A stretch of DNA of 64,000 nt, from NCBI GenBank assembly GCA_040285825.1, contig JAUPSS010000003.1:3660616-3724615 (forward strand), given 5' to 3'. Origin of the DNA: Eukaryota sp. TZLM1-RC. Lineage: Eukaryota > Protista > Metamonada: BaSk clade. A model generated the notes under the pieces. The model made no database searches. It had not been told where the DNA came from and worked only from the letters and a program-made list of their open reading frames with translations. A program made the position numbers and the translations under genes. Positions within the stretch are counted from its first letter, which is position 1; each line of letters starts with the position of its first letter. Shown here one piece after another: positions 35,009 through 48,084 of this stretch.

Positions 35009-36299
35009 TGGTTCCTCTAATTTCTCCTTTACTTTTGCTCTCTTTTTTGCATTTTTCCCATTATTTGAATCTATATGTAACCTTGAATACTAGTGATCAA
35101 TTCGGCCTACTTTGAGAAAATTACTTGATCAACCGTGTTCATGTTTGTCTCTTGAAATGTTTTGTCAGAAGTCAGCAGCAGTATCGAAACTGCATGTCCC
35201 CATAAGTGGTCTGTTGTGGGCTTTCACCATTCGGAAGTGATAACGTCGACGTCATCGGCTCTCTCACCGACTTTCTTGTGGTAATGCAGTGTGTGAACTT
35301 CCCACAGTATTTACATTTGTGAATTCACTTCTGAAATTATTTATAACAAATATTTAGGTAATATAATATTTAGGTGAAATTATGTGAATCAACAGAAAGT
35401 AATGAAGAAGAATATTTGAAAAATCAGTTGATGGGGTTAGAAAGAGGCTATATAATTTTCTAAGCTTTGAAAGAGGCTTTGGGGTTCATCATAACCAAAG
35501 AAAAACAGAGGTTTATAAACAAGACTTAAACAAATCATATTCAGCACTAATGGTAATAAGTTTAATTGAAAAATGGTGTGATGCTTTCGTAAATCCATTA
35601 GTTTGGAGATATTGCATTAGCAATATATTGGATCAATTTTGTAGGGAATTAATACAATTATATTGAATGGTTGACAAACCAAAACAATATTATTGTGATG
35701 CTGTACTGGAAAATGATGCGAGACATTTGGGCCATGCTGATCAAAATACCCAAATCCAAAGAAACATTAATTAGAAAAAATATCAAAGTACAAATTTACT
35801 CATTTTTCTCATTTCATCATCTGCACAGCAGTGTTATTCCAAAATTTCACTCACCGTTTCAAGGTTCCAAAGTTCGCTATTGCAGTGAAGGAACAGCTGC
35901 ATGTGAAGGTTCTCACTTTTAACTAGTTTACGAGGTTAAGATCTAGTCCAAGTGGTTTCAAATGAGCAGAGACAACTCCTTGTTTGAGAGGTCTGTTGAG
36001 TCAACAGGGGAGTGGTATGAATGAGAAAATCGTAAATTTTTCAATACCTATAAAAGTACCCAATAATTCAATGCAATCGTTGTTATAATTGACAAAGAGA
36101 ACTTCTATTTTCACAAAAGAAATGCAATTGACATTTTGAGGGTCCAAGATCAAAGCCATTTGCACGAGCTAGAATTCCAAACAAATACATTGCACTTTGA
36201 ACTGTGTTAGAAGAACCCTTGATCTAGAAAAACAATCACTTCAAACAACATCGTCTGGAACAATTTTTCGCCAATACAGCGTTACAGATAGATTTTGTG

Positions 36300-39200
36300 T
36301 TTAATTTAGTTTTTTTTCCTCCCACCCTTCATACCCTCTCTGTTTTTCGTTCGCTGTTGTACTTGTTCCTGTGGCTTTAAAAATGCATCACGCATTAAGT
36401 TCACCTGAGTGGGATCATGACGCTGAGTTTCGTAGCCGTCCCGTGATGGTTCCAACTTCACCTCACTCATCCCCTCTTCCTACACCACTTTCTCTCTCTT
36501 CATTTTCGAGTAAAAAAATTCGGAATTAATATCACCAAAAAATAGTTTTTTCAGAAATCATTCCAAATTATCTCAGGTGCCTACAGATCCTTCTCCCTTA
36601 GGCCAAAACACTATTTCAAGATCCCAAAAAGCCAAAGTTTCAATGAAAAATTCTTTTTCTACTTCTGCTGCACATCCTAATAAACTATCAAGAAAGAAAA
36701 GTATTTATAAATGTAGTTATTGTGGTGATTCGTCACATAATATTTTGACATGCAAAAAAAAATTAAAAGATACTGAGGAACTTAATACAGAAAAATTTGT
36801 CATTGAATCGTCCTTACCAAATATTGAGCCTCAAAATTCAAACATATTTTCGGAAGATTTGAATTCTAATTTTTTACCTTATCTAACGTTAATCATGATG
36901 TTCCTGTTCATGGTTCTAACACTTGTATTTTTTGCTCAAAAGCTTTCACTGAGTCAGTCAATGGTCGGCCAATTTTATTTTGTAAATCCTGTACTGCCGT
37001 AGATACCTTAAGACCCCCTGTAAAAGTTCTTGTGGACACCAGCCCTGCAAGTTCCATTCCTTTGTCTCTTGAAATGCGAAAATTTTCTTCTCAATTGACA
37101 AATAATAATAATTGGGCCATAACTGATTTGTGGAAATTTTTTGCAAAAAAAGTCTCTTTTGAAGAAACAACATAAAACGGGACTTTCAACGTCATGTGCA
37201 CAAAAAACCAAATTGGCGAGAAAAATGTGTCTTAGAGGTCGCTATGGTTCAGCTAAAAAATCTATTTTCTCCTCTCAATTGGCTGAGCCTTCTGATGACA
37301 CAGTAAGTGAATTGAAAAACCTTCATCCTGCAGAAAATTTCTGTTGTCCGAAGCCAAGAATTTGTAAGTTTTGGACTGATGCTCCGATTAATTCATCTGA
37401 AGTACAGACTGCTATCAACCATCTTCCTAAAAACAAAGCAGCAGGTTTTATCCTTCGTTTGATGTTTTGAAATCCGCTTGCAGGAAAGCTCCAGAAATTT
37501 GTGATGACCTTGCAGAATATTTTCAAAATCTGGTTTGTCTCAATACCATTCCTCCGACTGAATTACTAACTGCTCGATTGATTGCCTTGGTAAAATCTGG
37601 AAATGGTAAGAAGCCAGATGGAATTCGTCCAATTGCCATTGGCGAATCAATTACTCGTCTTATTGCATCAATTGTCTTTAATCGTGTTGCTTCCAAGGTT
37701 GCAAAATTTTTAGCACCTTTTCAATTTGGAATTTAAACAATGGATGGTGCATCAGTTGCTGCTTTGACTTCTGATTTATTTTTTAATTCTAATAATCGGA
37801 ATTCTATTTTCAATTTAGATTTTAAGAATGCTTTCAATTCTGTACATCGAAGTGCAATTTATGATATTATCCAAAAAGAATTTCCAGAATTATCCAGCTA
37901 TTTTTATTTATTTTATGGTAAAACTGGAGAACAAATTTATGAATCTTATACTCTATTTTCGACTTCTGGAGTTAAGCAAGGTGATCCCCTTGGGCCATTA
38001 CTCTTCTGTTTAGCAATTCACAAGTTTTTGATTCATTTAAGTAATCGTTATCCGATGTTGAAGATAGTAGGATACATGGATGATATTTCAATTATTGGTC
38101 TTTTAAATGTTTTAAATGAAATCGCTTCCGAAGCCTCACTTTTTGTCAGAGATATTGGTCTTTTGCTTAATGCCGACAAGTGTCTCCTCATAGGAAATGT
38201 AAAAGATAGATTAACCATTGATGGTGTTGAAATTCCTTTTCTTAACTATTCCTCAGATGCATTTCGTTTCCTAGGATGCTGGCTTGGAAATGTTCCAAAA
38301 ATTACTGAAGAATTGAGTAATCTTTTGATGAAATTGGGTTCTGAACTTGACACAATTTCGTCATTTGAAATTGAGAAACATATTTAGTTTTTTATCTTAA
38401 AAATTGTTACTCCGGTAAAATTACTCACATTTTAAGAACAACATCTCCTGATATTTCACGTGAGCTTTGCCACTCATATAACTATTTGAGAACAACAATT
38501 TTTGCATCTTTGATTGATGTCAATCCTGAACTAATTCGAAGTCATGCATTTTCACCATCTAATTTTGGTGGAATTAATTTCACTACATCGTCTATTCTCT
38601 GTCAAGCTGCTTTTCTTGGTGGAGGGAAAAATTTTGTTTTTGAATTTTGCAACCGTTTTCCCAATGATGTTAATTTATTTTTTTTTCAATATAATATTTA
38701 TTGAATTTGCACACTTAATTAAATTAACTCATAACTAATGGGACGACTATCATTGAACCAAGCTTTCCTCTACAAAATCTTGATCTGCTTGCTGTCTAGC
38801 TAAAGCTTCTCTTATTCGATTGAAAAACCGTGGTAATCTATTAATAATGGCAAATTGAATCCGTGAACGCCATAAAAAAATATCAAATCTTTTCATTGTT
38901 TTTTCTTGCACCATCTTTTGGAAGTCATTCAAAAAAGTTTCTGCTTCATCTGATAATCTTCCATTTATCGAAAATGGGAAAGCAATAAAAACCAGCTGTG
39001 TATTTCTATCGACATTAGCCTCTTCAATATCTTTATCATATTTTCCATGTTTCTCTTTTGCTTTAAAATCCAGAGCAGCCACAGGATTAAGTTTTCTTCT
39101 GTGAACCAAAGTATCATTTGCAACATTACATGAGACAAAGTCAACAATAGCTTCAGAATTGTCAATCCAATCACAGTATACATCACCTCTATCATCAGAA

Positions 39201-40270
39201 CCAAAATTATTCAGAGAAAGTGTTTCCTTCAGCAGGGGCTCTTTGATACACGATATTCTTGCAGTTTGTGCCATATTGAAAACAGTGTCTCTAACAGCAT
39301 CATGTAATGAAGAACGATAAGTTATCAATTTAGAGTAATTCAGAGCATGGCGCAAAGTGAGTTGAGGTGAATTCGAACAAATACATTTTTCTTTTGATAA
39401 TAATTGATTAATGGGGATATTCAAATATAATCTCATTTTTGTTACAAATGCTTCATTAGTGGCACACAATCCAAATCTTCGTGGTACAATGGTTACAAAA
39501 AGTGAAGAAGTTGATGACTTATTTTCACAAACACCCTTTTCCAATAACAATGAGTGAAGAACTTGATTTAAAACAGCCGAGCTGCATATATTATTATAAA
39601 GATCTTTTTCATACATTTCAGTCAATCGTTTCATAAATGTAATTGTTATGTTAATTTATTGAATTTTACAAGCAATTATCTAAAAGACCTACAAAATCCT
39701 CTTGATTGTTTGCCCCCTGAAATATGGGGTAAATGTTTTCCCGACAATGTGCAGGAAATACCATCTAAAACACTAGTTAATTTGAAGTATTGTGTTAAAA
39801 AATTGCAACAAAAGTTAACAAAAATTTTTGAAGGCTTGGATTTGAATGTTCGTCTTGGCTCGGTCTAAAAAAGATAATCCCGTTTTCGCAAATTTTTTTT
39901 AGATGCCCAAAACAGTTCCTCTTCGTGTTTAATTACTCAGATTCCTCAAATTTATGATCTTCTTTTAGATGATACCGAATTTTCTTGTACAATGCGTCTT
40001 CGTTGTTTCATTTGGCCTGATAACGTGCCTCATAATTTAATTTGTAAATGTGGATCAAAAATATCACCAAATCATCTATTCAATTGTAAACATTTTATTA
40101 CTTTCCGATCAAAAGTTCATGAAGATGCAGTAAGAGATCAACTCTATTGTATGTCAAAATCACATAGAATTGTTTCCTATTTAGAACCACTACTCTCCCG
40201 TTTGGTTGATGAAGATACTTTGAATTCTTTTGGTCGAAATAGAGGTGATTTAATGCTTGAAGGTCTTGAA
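36300..40270 (+). mobile_element. CRE-like RLE non-LTR retrotransposon (family A'), degenerate, interrupted by a nested insertion
   Basis: CSYCGDSSHNILTC, GIRPIAIGE, GVKQGDPLGP, YMDD, CKC...HLFNC, NRGDL; collinear with 31253-34322. Confidence 0.9.
38680..39647 (-). mobile_element. 5'-truncated family B non-LTR element nested in family A' with 13-bp TSD
   Basis: ATGTTAATTTATT at 38667-38679 and 39648-39660; oligo(A) tail; 294-aa ORF with CIC...H, RGDV, VDFV, KEKHGKY. Confidence 0.9.
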
Positions 40271-40356
40271 GACATGTTTAATAAATATTGAAATAAATAA
40301 AAATTTAAAAAAAAGATTTTGCGTTTTGCAAATTTTCCGCCAAAACTTCTGAGTTA

Positions 40357-43300
40357 ATGTCATCACTCAACTTGTGCTTCTTACTTCTCATCAGTTTCAC
40401 TCTAGTTGCTGCGCATCAATGTTCTGGATATCGCAACTTCACAGTGAGTTTTTTGTCACCAACATGTGGTACGGTCATTGAAGCTAGTGAATCAGTTCCT
40501 TTCTCGATCAGCTTTCAGTTTTCCTGTACGTATTTGCAAATCGGAAGCAATGTGCTTGATCTTGATGTTGATCTTGATGTCGATCAGTTCCCTGAAGCAA
40601 TGTCCTTATTTTGTTCACCAGATTTAACCGATAACCAAACCAATATTCTGAAGCCTCTTGGTGCCAGCTTTTATCCTCAATCACAGGACGGAATCACCAC
40701 AGTCGATGTTCAATTTGATCTTTATGCACTACCTGACCTGGATCAAACAAGCTACCAATGTTTTTTCGATCTTCAAGAGTGGCAATGTGGAAACTCCCTT
40801 CTACCTCGTACCAGCTGGTTTTCAATTGTTGTTGATAACTTGGGTTCAGCAACGGAACTGAATTGTACGCCTCCTCTTTCTGATGTACTTTGCTCACCTT
40901 ATCCAGATTTTGGACTCAGTCTGCCGAATGATTTCTTTGATAAGGACCGCAGCAATTTCAGCAGTTCTTCAATCGGCGTCTTTGCTTCGTTGACTGAAGC
41001 TAATACAGTGCTCATAGAACTTCATGGATCTCTGACTACGTCTGAAAAACCTGTAGGTATTGACATTAATCATTTTGAGATCGAACAGGTAAAGTATCTT
41101 CTGGACGACTCTTCTTTAATTACAGTACAATCTCAACTTCACAATCCTTTGAATACATCTCTTCTTTGGTCACACGGAAGCAATTTGTTACTATCCTTCA
41201 GTACCACCGAAGGAACTTCATCTTCAAATCAGCATATTCAGCTTTCCTCTCATGAAATTCAACCCTTGTTTGACGCTCTTGATACAAGCACCCTTAGGAT
41301 AAGGTGTGTAGAGGAACGCGTGTTCTTGCCCTATTCCACTTACGATGACGATGACTACCGATCTTCACTCAACGCTTCCTTTCTAGAACAATATATTCAA
41401 TCCAATAATCCGCCTAGTGGGTATTCAGCGTTCTTCACCTTCGATAGCCTTGCCGTTTCTTTTTTTTATTCAGACACAATTTGGACAGCAATTCTGCCTT
41501 CCCGTTTTTGTCCAACGGGTTCTACTGCTTTTAGGTTTTCTCAACTATTGGAACAGTCGGATGGTGAAGCTTTCGCGTTTCAAAATGGTGACAGTTTTTT
41601 CTTTTTTGATTTTACCGAAATATTTTCTGAACATACACTTAAGTTCTCTCTTTTTCACTCCACTTTTGGAGAATTATTCACAAGTACTTTTTCTCATGAC
41701 AACAACTACAAAAGTAAAGATGCATTTAATTCCACATTTAGCTCAAACTTCACTACTAACCTCTTTAAATTCTTGGATCAAGATTACCCTGCTGTTGCCT
41801 TGTCGAGTGATCTTCCCCTTGGTGATATAACTGATCACATTAATGATCTTGTTTTTGTACCAAAAGAGGCTATTGAATTAGGGGAAAATTGTGGAGGTCT
41901 ATTCTACAGTCCAATTTCTTGGTGGCTGGAGTTTGATTGTAATTCAAAAAGTTCATGGCAGTGTCTCCGTAATGGGGTTGGAAGGTTAAGTCATGATCCC
42001 AGTCTTAGGTTTGGAAATATGGTTAAGAATTTTTCTTCTCTTTTTGAAGGTAACCTGGATGGAGATAAGTTATTCCATATTGAGAGAACAACTGATTCTT
42101 TAACCATGCAATTGAATCCTATTGATCCAGATGATGTTATTTTCTCCTTTTCCTTACATCGTGACGATTTGACCTTTAAGCAACCATCTGTTGGTGATTT
42201 TGGTGTTTCGGTTTCAAACATCAATGGATCTTTCATTTCTGTTGATTCGTTTGTTTACAATGTCGGAACTTTGAATGATTCAATAACCATTTCTCTTGAA
42301 TGTGATTCTGAATTTGTTGATTCTAGTGATCCTATTTCATCCCATCTCAATCCATCAGAAGCTTTATATCATTCTTTCATATTAGCCTCAAATGGATTAA
42401 TTGATCAAACATCCATTAATTGCAAAGTGTTTTTTAGCTTTTCTCAGCTCCCCTTGTGGGATAATGATGACAAATACGCTGAAACAGAATTCATTATTTA
42501 CCCAATTGATTCATCTGCTTGTTTTTGACAGTGGTTTTTCTTTTATCACTGCTGATATAGGGAATTTTAACCTTTGCGATTATTTAGAATTACCACTATT
42601 AAAAATCCCACAATATCTTTTTGTTAACCTCACCATCCCTTCTCAATTCCCAGACCCGACTGCAAACCCCATTTTCAAGACAAAATTCTGAGTTATTATA
42701 CTATATCATTTGATAGTGACCACTTTACCTCCGATACATTAATCTCGCTCAAACTTGATGTTAATTCTTGTAAGAATTGTGAAGACTATGGAGTCATTGT
42801 TGAACAGCAATACTTTAATAACCATGAAGTTGATGAATTGCTTACAATAGACAATCCTAATTCAATTTCTCTTGCTATTCTTGTTCCTTTTGTTGATCAA
42901 AAGTCACTCCACGTGACTTATACCATTGGTTTGCACAATGTAGATAATTGTATCTGTTATGATGAAGTTGAAACTAGTTTTCTATTATCTACGTCAACTA
43001 ATATCGAATGTCCTTTCATTGTTGATGCTCCCAGCCTTCAACTCCCAATGAATTCTGGATTGTGGATCGATGGAAATGTCTTTTCAAGTGTTGAAACAGA
43101 TTTTGTTGATTTGGATAATGAAGTAGACTTTGGATTGTTTAATCTCAATACCCAGTCAAGTTTTGTACATACAATGGAGGGCTTTCTCCTGCAGAGAAGT
43201 AACATTTCATTTACACTTGTAAATCTTGGAGACGGATTGGCATCATCACGGTTTTCAATAGAAGTAATTACCTCAGCTGAATCCAAGTTTCATTCATTAT

Positions 43301-46206
43301 CAGATGTTTTTACTTTGGGACAATCAACAAACCATTGCTCAACCGTAGAAAGACAACATAAGCTCAAATCAGTTTTAGATTGTGTTATTTCGCCCCTTGA
43401 ATCTCTTGATTTAGGAGTAGTTTTAACTTCCACATATTTAAGTGAATTCACGTTGGTCTTCTCAGTTGTAAATGAACACTCTCTTTGTATGAACAAGGAT
43501 TATGGCCTTAATGTAACAGAAGTTATTCACACCAGGTCTTCATGCAACAAAAATCACCCACCAAGGGCAAAACTTGTTGTAGAGTTTGATGAAACTTTAA
43601 CTCCAACTGACAATGGTTTTATGTCTACAATTGGAATTTCAAATCAAGGAAATGTGACGTCTTTTAGTAATATTTCTCTTTCTTGTACCGAAATAACTGA
43701 TAGTTATGGAAAAGAAGGTGATAAATCGATTACATCTCTGTTGGAAAGGGACAACATTTCAATCGATTCTTTGACTGAAATCTCAGTTAATTTTGAATTG
43801 GTTGATGTGATGCAAGGGTCAGAAATACACTGTGAGATTAACTTGTTAGTCCAAAATGATCCTATTTTTGACCCTTGTACACCCGACTTCAGAAGTGAAT
43901 ATATTCACACGATACCATGCATTTCTTCTATTATTCCGGAAACCATTCTTCACTTGTCTGACCAAAACCTCTGGTCGCAGTCGAACTATGAATTTAATGG
44001 TCACCTGGGAACTGTTTTTGAACCAATGATTTTCCTTGAGAAGCCAGTTTACAATTATAAAGATCTAATCATTAGTATAAATTCTGAAGAATTCAATGTA
44101 TTTGATTCCCGATTTGTCAATTCGTCTGTGGTTGTTTTTTCCTTCTTTATGAAACATAATTTTTCTGTCAAAGATCCAATCTTGTATTTCAAGGTTTACA
44201 TTGAAACTCAGCCAGAGTATGTTTGTTGTAATCAAGTTGAATGCAAACATAAGTACTTTAAAGACCTTTGGTTACGTCCTTCATGTCTAGATATCGCACC
44301 ATTACCCCAACCTCTTGTACAGTCATTGGATTTTTTCAAAAGTCGCTCTATTTTTGATTACTATGCAAGCTTTCTGTTACAATTGTCAGTGGCATCTGAA
44401 ACACAATTGCATATTTCAAGCATGATTTTTAATTATGGAGAGGATACTGGCAATTTTACGTTAAAAACTGAGTGTACTGTTTGGGGACTTTACAACGCTG
44501 AGCTTAGAGCACTGCACAAGGTGAAATTGCCCTTGTTATCTTCCCTGGTTGAACCCCAAAATAATTCATTTGTCGAGTATCTTTACACTTTCGATGATTC
44601 TCTATGGGGTTTTCCTTTGCGATGTGTTGCTTATCTTCAAACATATCCCTTATATCCCAGTTTGGCCTACAACAGCTCTCAATGTTTGCTCTTTAAGGGA
44701 AACTATGCTGTAGCGGAGAGAGAACTTGAAATTCCTTGCCCATTCAAGTCGTCTATATTTAATTCTGTTGAAAATATACTGTTTGCAGAAAGGAACACAT
44801 CGCATATAAGTTATGATTCACTGAATTCTTATACTTTTACTGGAACCATCGATCTCAATGAAGAAGAAATAATGTTTCCTGATAATTTGAGACTAACAGC
44901 AACATGTTCACATCATTACACCATCATTGCACAAAACATCTCTATTGTACCGGCTTTTAAACATAGATTTGAGTTTGTGCTTGATGTAGATATTGATCGG
45001 CAATATTCAACTTTGATTGGTAACTCAATTTCGTGTGAAATTGAAATTGAAACAAACAAACCGCGACATCCCTGTATTATACGAAACCAGAGGTCCATTG
45101 ATCACTATAAGCACCGTATTGAAACAATTTTGCTTTGTAACGGATATATTGGAATTACTGATATTTCACTAGTGGACATCATATCTATCACATCCCGTCC
45201 TGTGATATATGGACTTAATTCGATCGGATTTCACTTGAATATGTTTATAAAGGAAGAACATTTAGCGGATTTCAATGGTTTAGGGTTTTCCTTGAATGGG
45301 CAGTTTTCAGGACATTATTTTGAGCATCAAGACTATCAATGTACAACATCTACGTTGTTGAGCAACGTTGTTTGTTCTCAGTTTGTTGAGGTTAGTCCAG
45401 TTAGAGTCCATAGACGACCACCTAAGGGCGCTGTTGTCTATTTTTCTCAAAATATATCAACGTCCTTAAGCAGGGATGAATGTGCAGTGAGAAAAGCCCA
45501 TTCAACGAACACTTTTACTCACACTTCCAGTTTTGACTGTCCTATCATTGGTTCATTATTTGAACTCAAATTTGAATTACAGTTGATTAGCCTTAAAGAA
45601 CTTGAAATTTCAGTTTCTTTAAACTCTACAAATCATTATCAACATTACTTCTCTGCAAATTATTTTGAGTCTATCAGGAGTTTGAAAAAGAACATCATTG
45701 TTGCTGGTAATCTGTATCTTTCCACCAGTCCCAATTGTCCTAATTTTAGTTCAAACGAAGTTGAATTTAGTTTGGTGGAACCAAGAACTACCACGGTCTT
45801 CAATATGGATACAGTTCCGGTGCACCATCAATGTTTTGTTAATTTGTCCTGCAATGTGTCCCCCAAGGGCGATACATTAGATGGACTGTTGAACAATATA
45901 TGTATAGAGGATAATAAGATTTATGCTCCATTTCTCTCTTCTACAGTTCTGTCTGGTACTGCAAAGTTTGATCTCACTGAAGCTGTTCATGTTAAATTAG
46001 ATTCAATGGGATTTTTCTTTCATTTGTTTTCTGAAAAGGTTTTACTTTTTTCTGCTCTGTCTGCAGTGTTGCTCGGTATTGTAGTTAGTGTCGGTTGGAT
46101 TTATACTCGAATGCGAAAGATCAACAGAGCAATTCAACAAAGAGATGCACACCGTTTCAAATGTACTTACAATTCCATGTTTTCAATGTCCACCTTGTAT
46201 AGATGA
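40357..46206 (+). CDS. Large type I membrane protein with HAP2/GCS1-like motifs and repeated Ig-like domains (about 1949 aa if homopolymer indels at 42520-42680 are errors)
   Basis: Signal peptide, Cys-rich ectodomain, C-terminal TM; four compensating 1-nt indels relative to the paralog (net 0, offset 7728 on both sides). Confidence 0.7.
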
Positions 46207-46329
46207 CATTGATGATTAAACATTTTGAATTGTTTGTACTGTTTGTATTATTAAATAATTATGTATCATAGCAAATAAAAAAGAAACTAAAAATGACTCA
46301 TATATTTAAAATATATAAATATAGAATTG

Positions 46330-46974
46330 TTACATAAAATCGTCTTCGACCTCATCTAGAGATTTCCCAACAAAATCTTTATTAGTGAAGGTTGTTGAAG
46401 TTAGAGCCATTATACTCGAATAAGATCTCAGTTCATTCTCTTCTCTCTGTTTTTTTACAAGTTCCTCTTGTTTCTTCCTTTCCAACAACCGTTCACGGCG
46501 CTTCTTCTGGTCTAGTAGATTTATACGGTTCTCTAGTTGAACACACAGGTTGGGAAACTCCTCTATCCTCGTCTTATTAAGCCTATTGACAATTGAGTTG
46601 TTTCTACACTCAATGGTGATGTATCTATTGAGTGAAGGATCCTTAAACGATACTTGACCTGCAACCATGTGGGACTCTTTCAAAAGATTGGATGCAGGAG
46701 TAAAAACGATGCGGACGTTGTTGGTTTTATTACCTTTGATGGAGTTTGCTTTGGTTAATTGGGCACAATCTTGAATGACTTCTTGTGGTACTTGGTCAAT
46801 GGTTTTATCATCGGGAAGACGAAGGTATATATGAGCAGAACTCATTTCAGAAACGTGAAACCACCAATCCACATCCCAAGCATAACGAATAAGAGTTTCG
46901 TTTTCAATCTTGTCCCTGCCTGAGTAGATAGTATACTCAATGCCATCATTGGCAACAGAACAGAAAAAGTACAT
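46330..46974 (-). CDS. CCDC25: CCDC25/Jlp2-like NFACT-R RNA-binding domain protein
   Basis: YSGRDKIENETLI, DWWFHVSEMSSAHIYLR, DCAQLTKANSIKGNK, C-terminal EDDFM; likely ATG at 46974. Confidence 0.9.
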   Translation of the reverse strand: MYFFCSVANDGIEYTIYSGRDKIENETLIRYAWDVDWWFHVSEMSSAHIYLRLPDDKTIDQVPQEVIQDCAQLTKANSIKGNKTNNVRIVFTPASNLLKESHMVAGQVSFKDPSLNRYITIECRNNSIVNRLNKTRIEEFPNLCVQLENRINLLDQKKRRERLLERKKQEELVKKQREENELRSYSSIMALTSTTFTNKDFVGKSLDEVEDDFM

Positions 46975-48084
46975 AGTTGGAGGAAGTTGATAACTCAAGG
47001 TGAAGTCAAAGATTTTCCAAAAAGATTTCTGTACACAAACAACAACTTTCATATTTAAGAGATAAAAAGCTTCTCTCGAAAAATGCAAGTCGCCAATTCT
47101 CTTGAAAATGAGGAGTATGTGGCTCAATGCAGTTAAAAAATCTATTATGGTGTTAATGCTATCTTTTTGTTCAGCATATATGTATATTAACCAATAAATA
47201 AAGGCGAATATTACACAATAATTCTTGTCTTCACAACTTTAGTTAGTCACTTTTTTTGTTAACTGTGTTATTTTCAAAATTTAAAACTGTTCTATGGAAG
47301 TTTTATGATAAAAATTCAGCTATTTTATTGCACTCCAAGAAGCAGTTTCAAGAAGTTTAAGAAGTTCCTTCACACAAGCTTCAACATTGCAATATTCATC
47401 ATCTCAAAGTACGTGTTATCAAAATGATTGAAAAAATAGACTAAGAGATTAACCAGTCTCATTTTCTCAACTGACTTAAACTGATTTTTGAAGACTGTAA
47501 TCTCACACCATGAGGAATTGCAGAAATTGAATTGATGAACTGTTCGTAAGATGCGTTTAGTGTGAATACAACAGGGTCATTGGCCTTAAGTTTATTCAGA
47601 TTCAATCCGACTGTCATAGACAGAAATAGGTAGGTGGTAGGTGGATTTTGCTTAAAAGTTTCAGAACTAGGTGGATTTTATATTTATCCCTTTTCTTTTT
47701 CTTTAGGGTCCACACTGAATTTCTGTGGTGATTGCAGATGGACTTTTGCAACATCCAATGTGTATTTAGATGGTATTGTACAAATGTACATTTTATAAGA
47801 ATGTTTGTGTCCCCGCGGAAGTATATAAAATATCTTGATCATCAATGTTATAAAATCTACGGAAAAATGAAAGTAGAAGCCACTGTTATTGATTTAAGAT
47901 AGACTATTGAATAGGCAAAACATGCTTCGAAAATATCATTGACAGATGGATAAGATTAATTAAGAGGTACGGCAAGGTTACTGAGGTCACAACTACGTAG
48001 TTTTGATAACTATCTGAAGAACAACAGAAAAGGAGGAAGGTGTAAATGTAAGTTTGCAAATTTTCCGCCAAAACTTCCGAGTTC

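Noticed and set aside
35340-36280. Possible DNA transposase remnant (YCSEGTAACEGSH)
   Set aside because: Only one weak motif in broken frames; cannot assign a family.
42520-42680. Programmed frameshift or phase variation in the first HAP2-like gene
   Set aside because: Four 1-nt indels, all in homopolymers and net zero, are better explained as long-read consensus error.
46975-47127. 51-aa N-terminal extension of CCDC25
   Set aside because: It depends on a TTG start; homology begins at the ATG at 46974.
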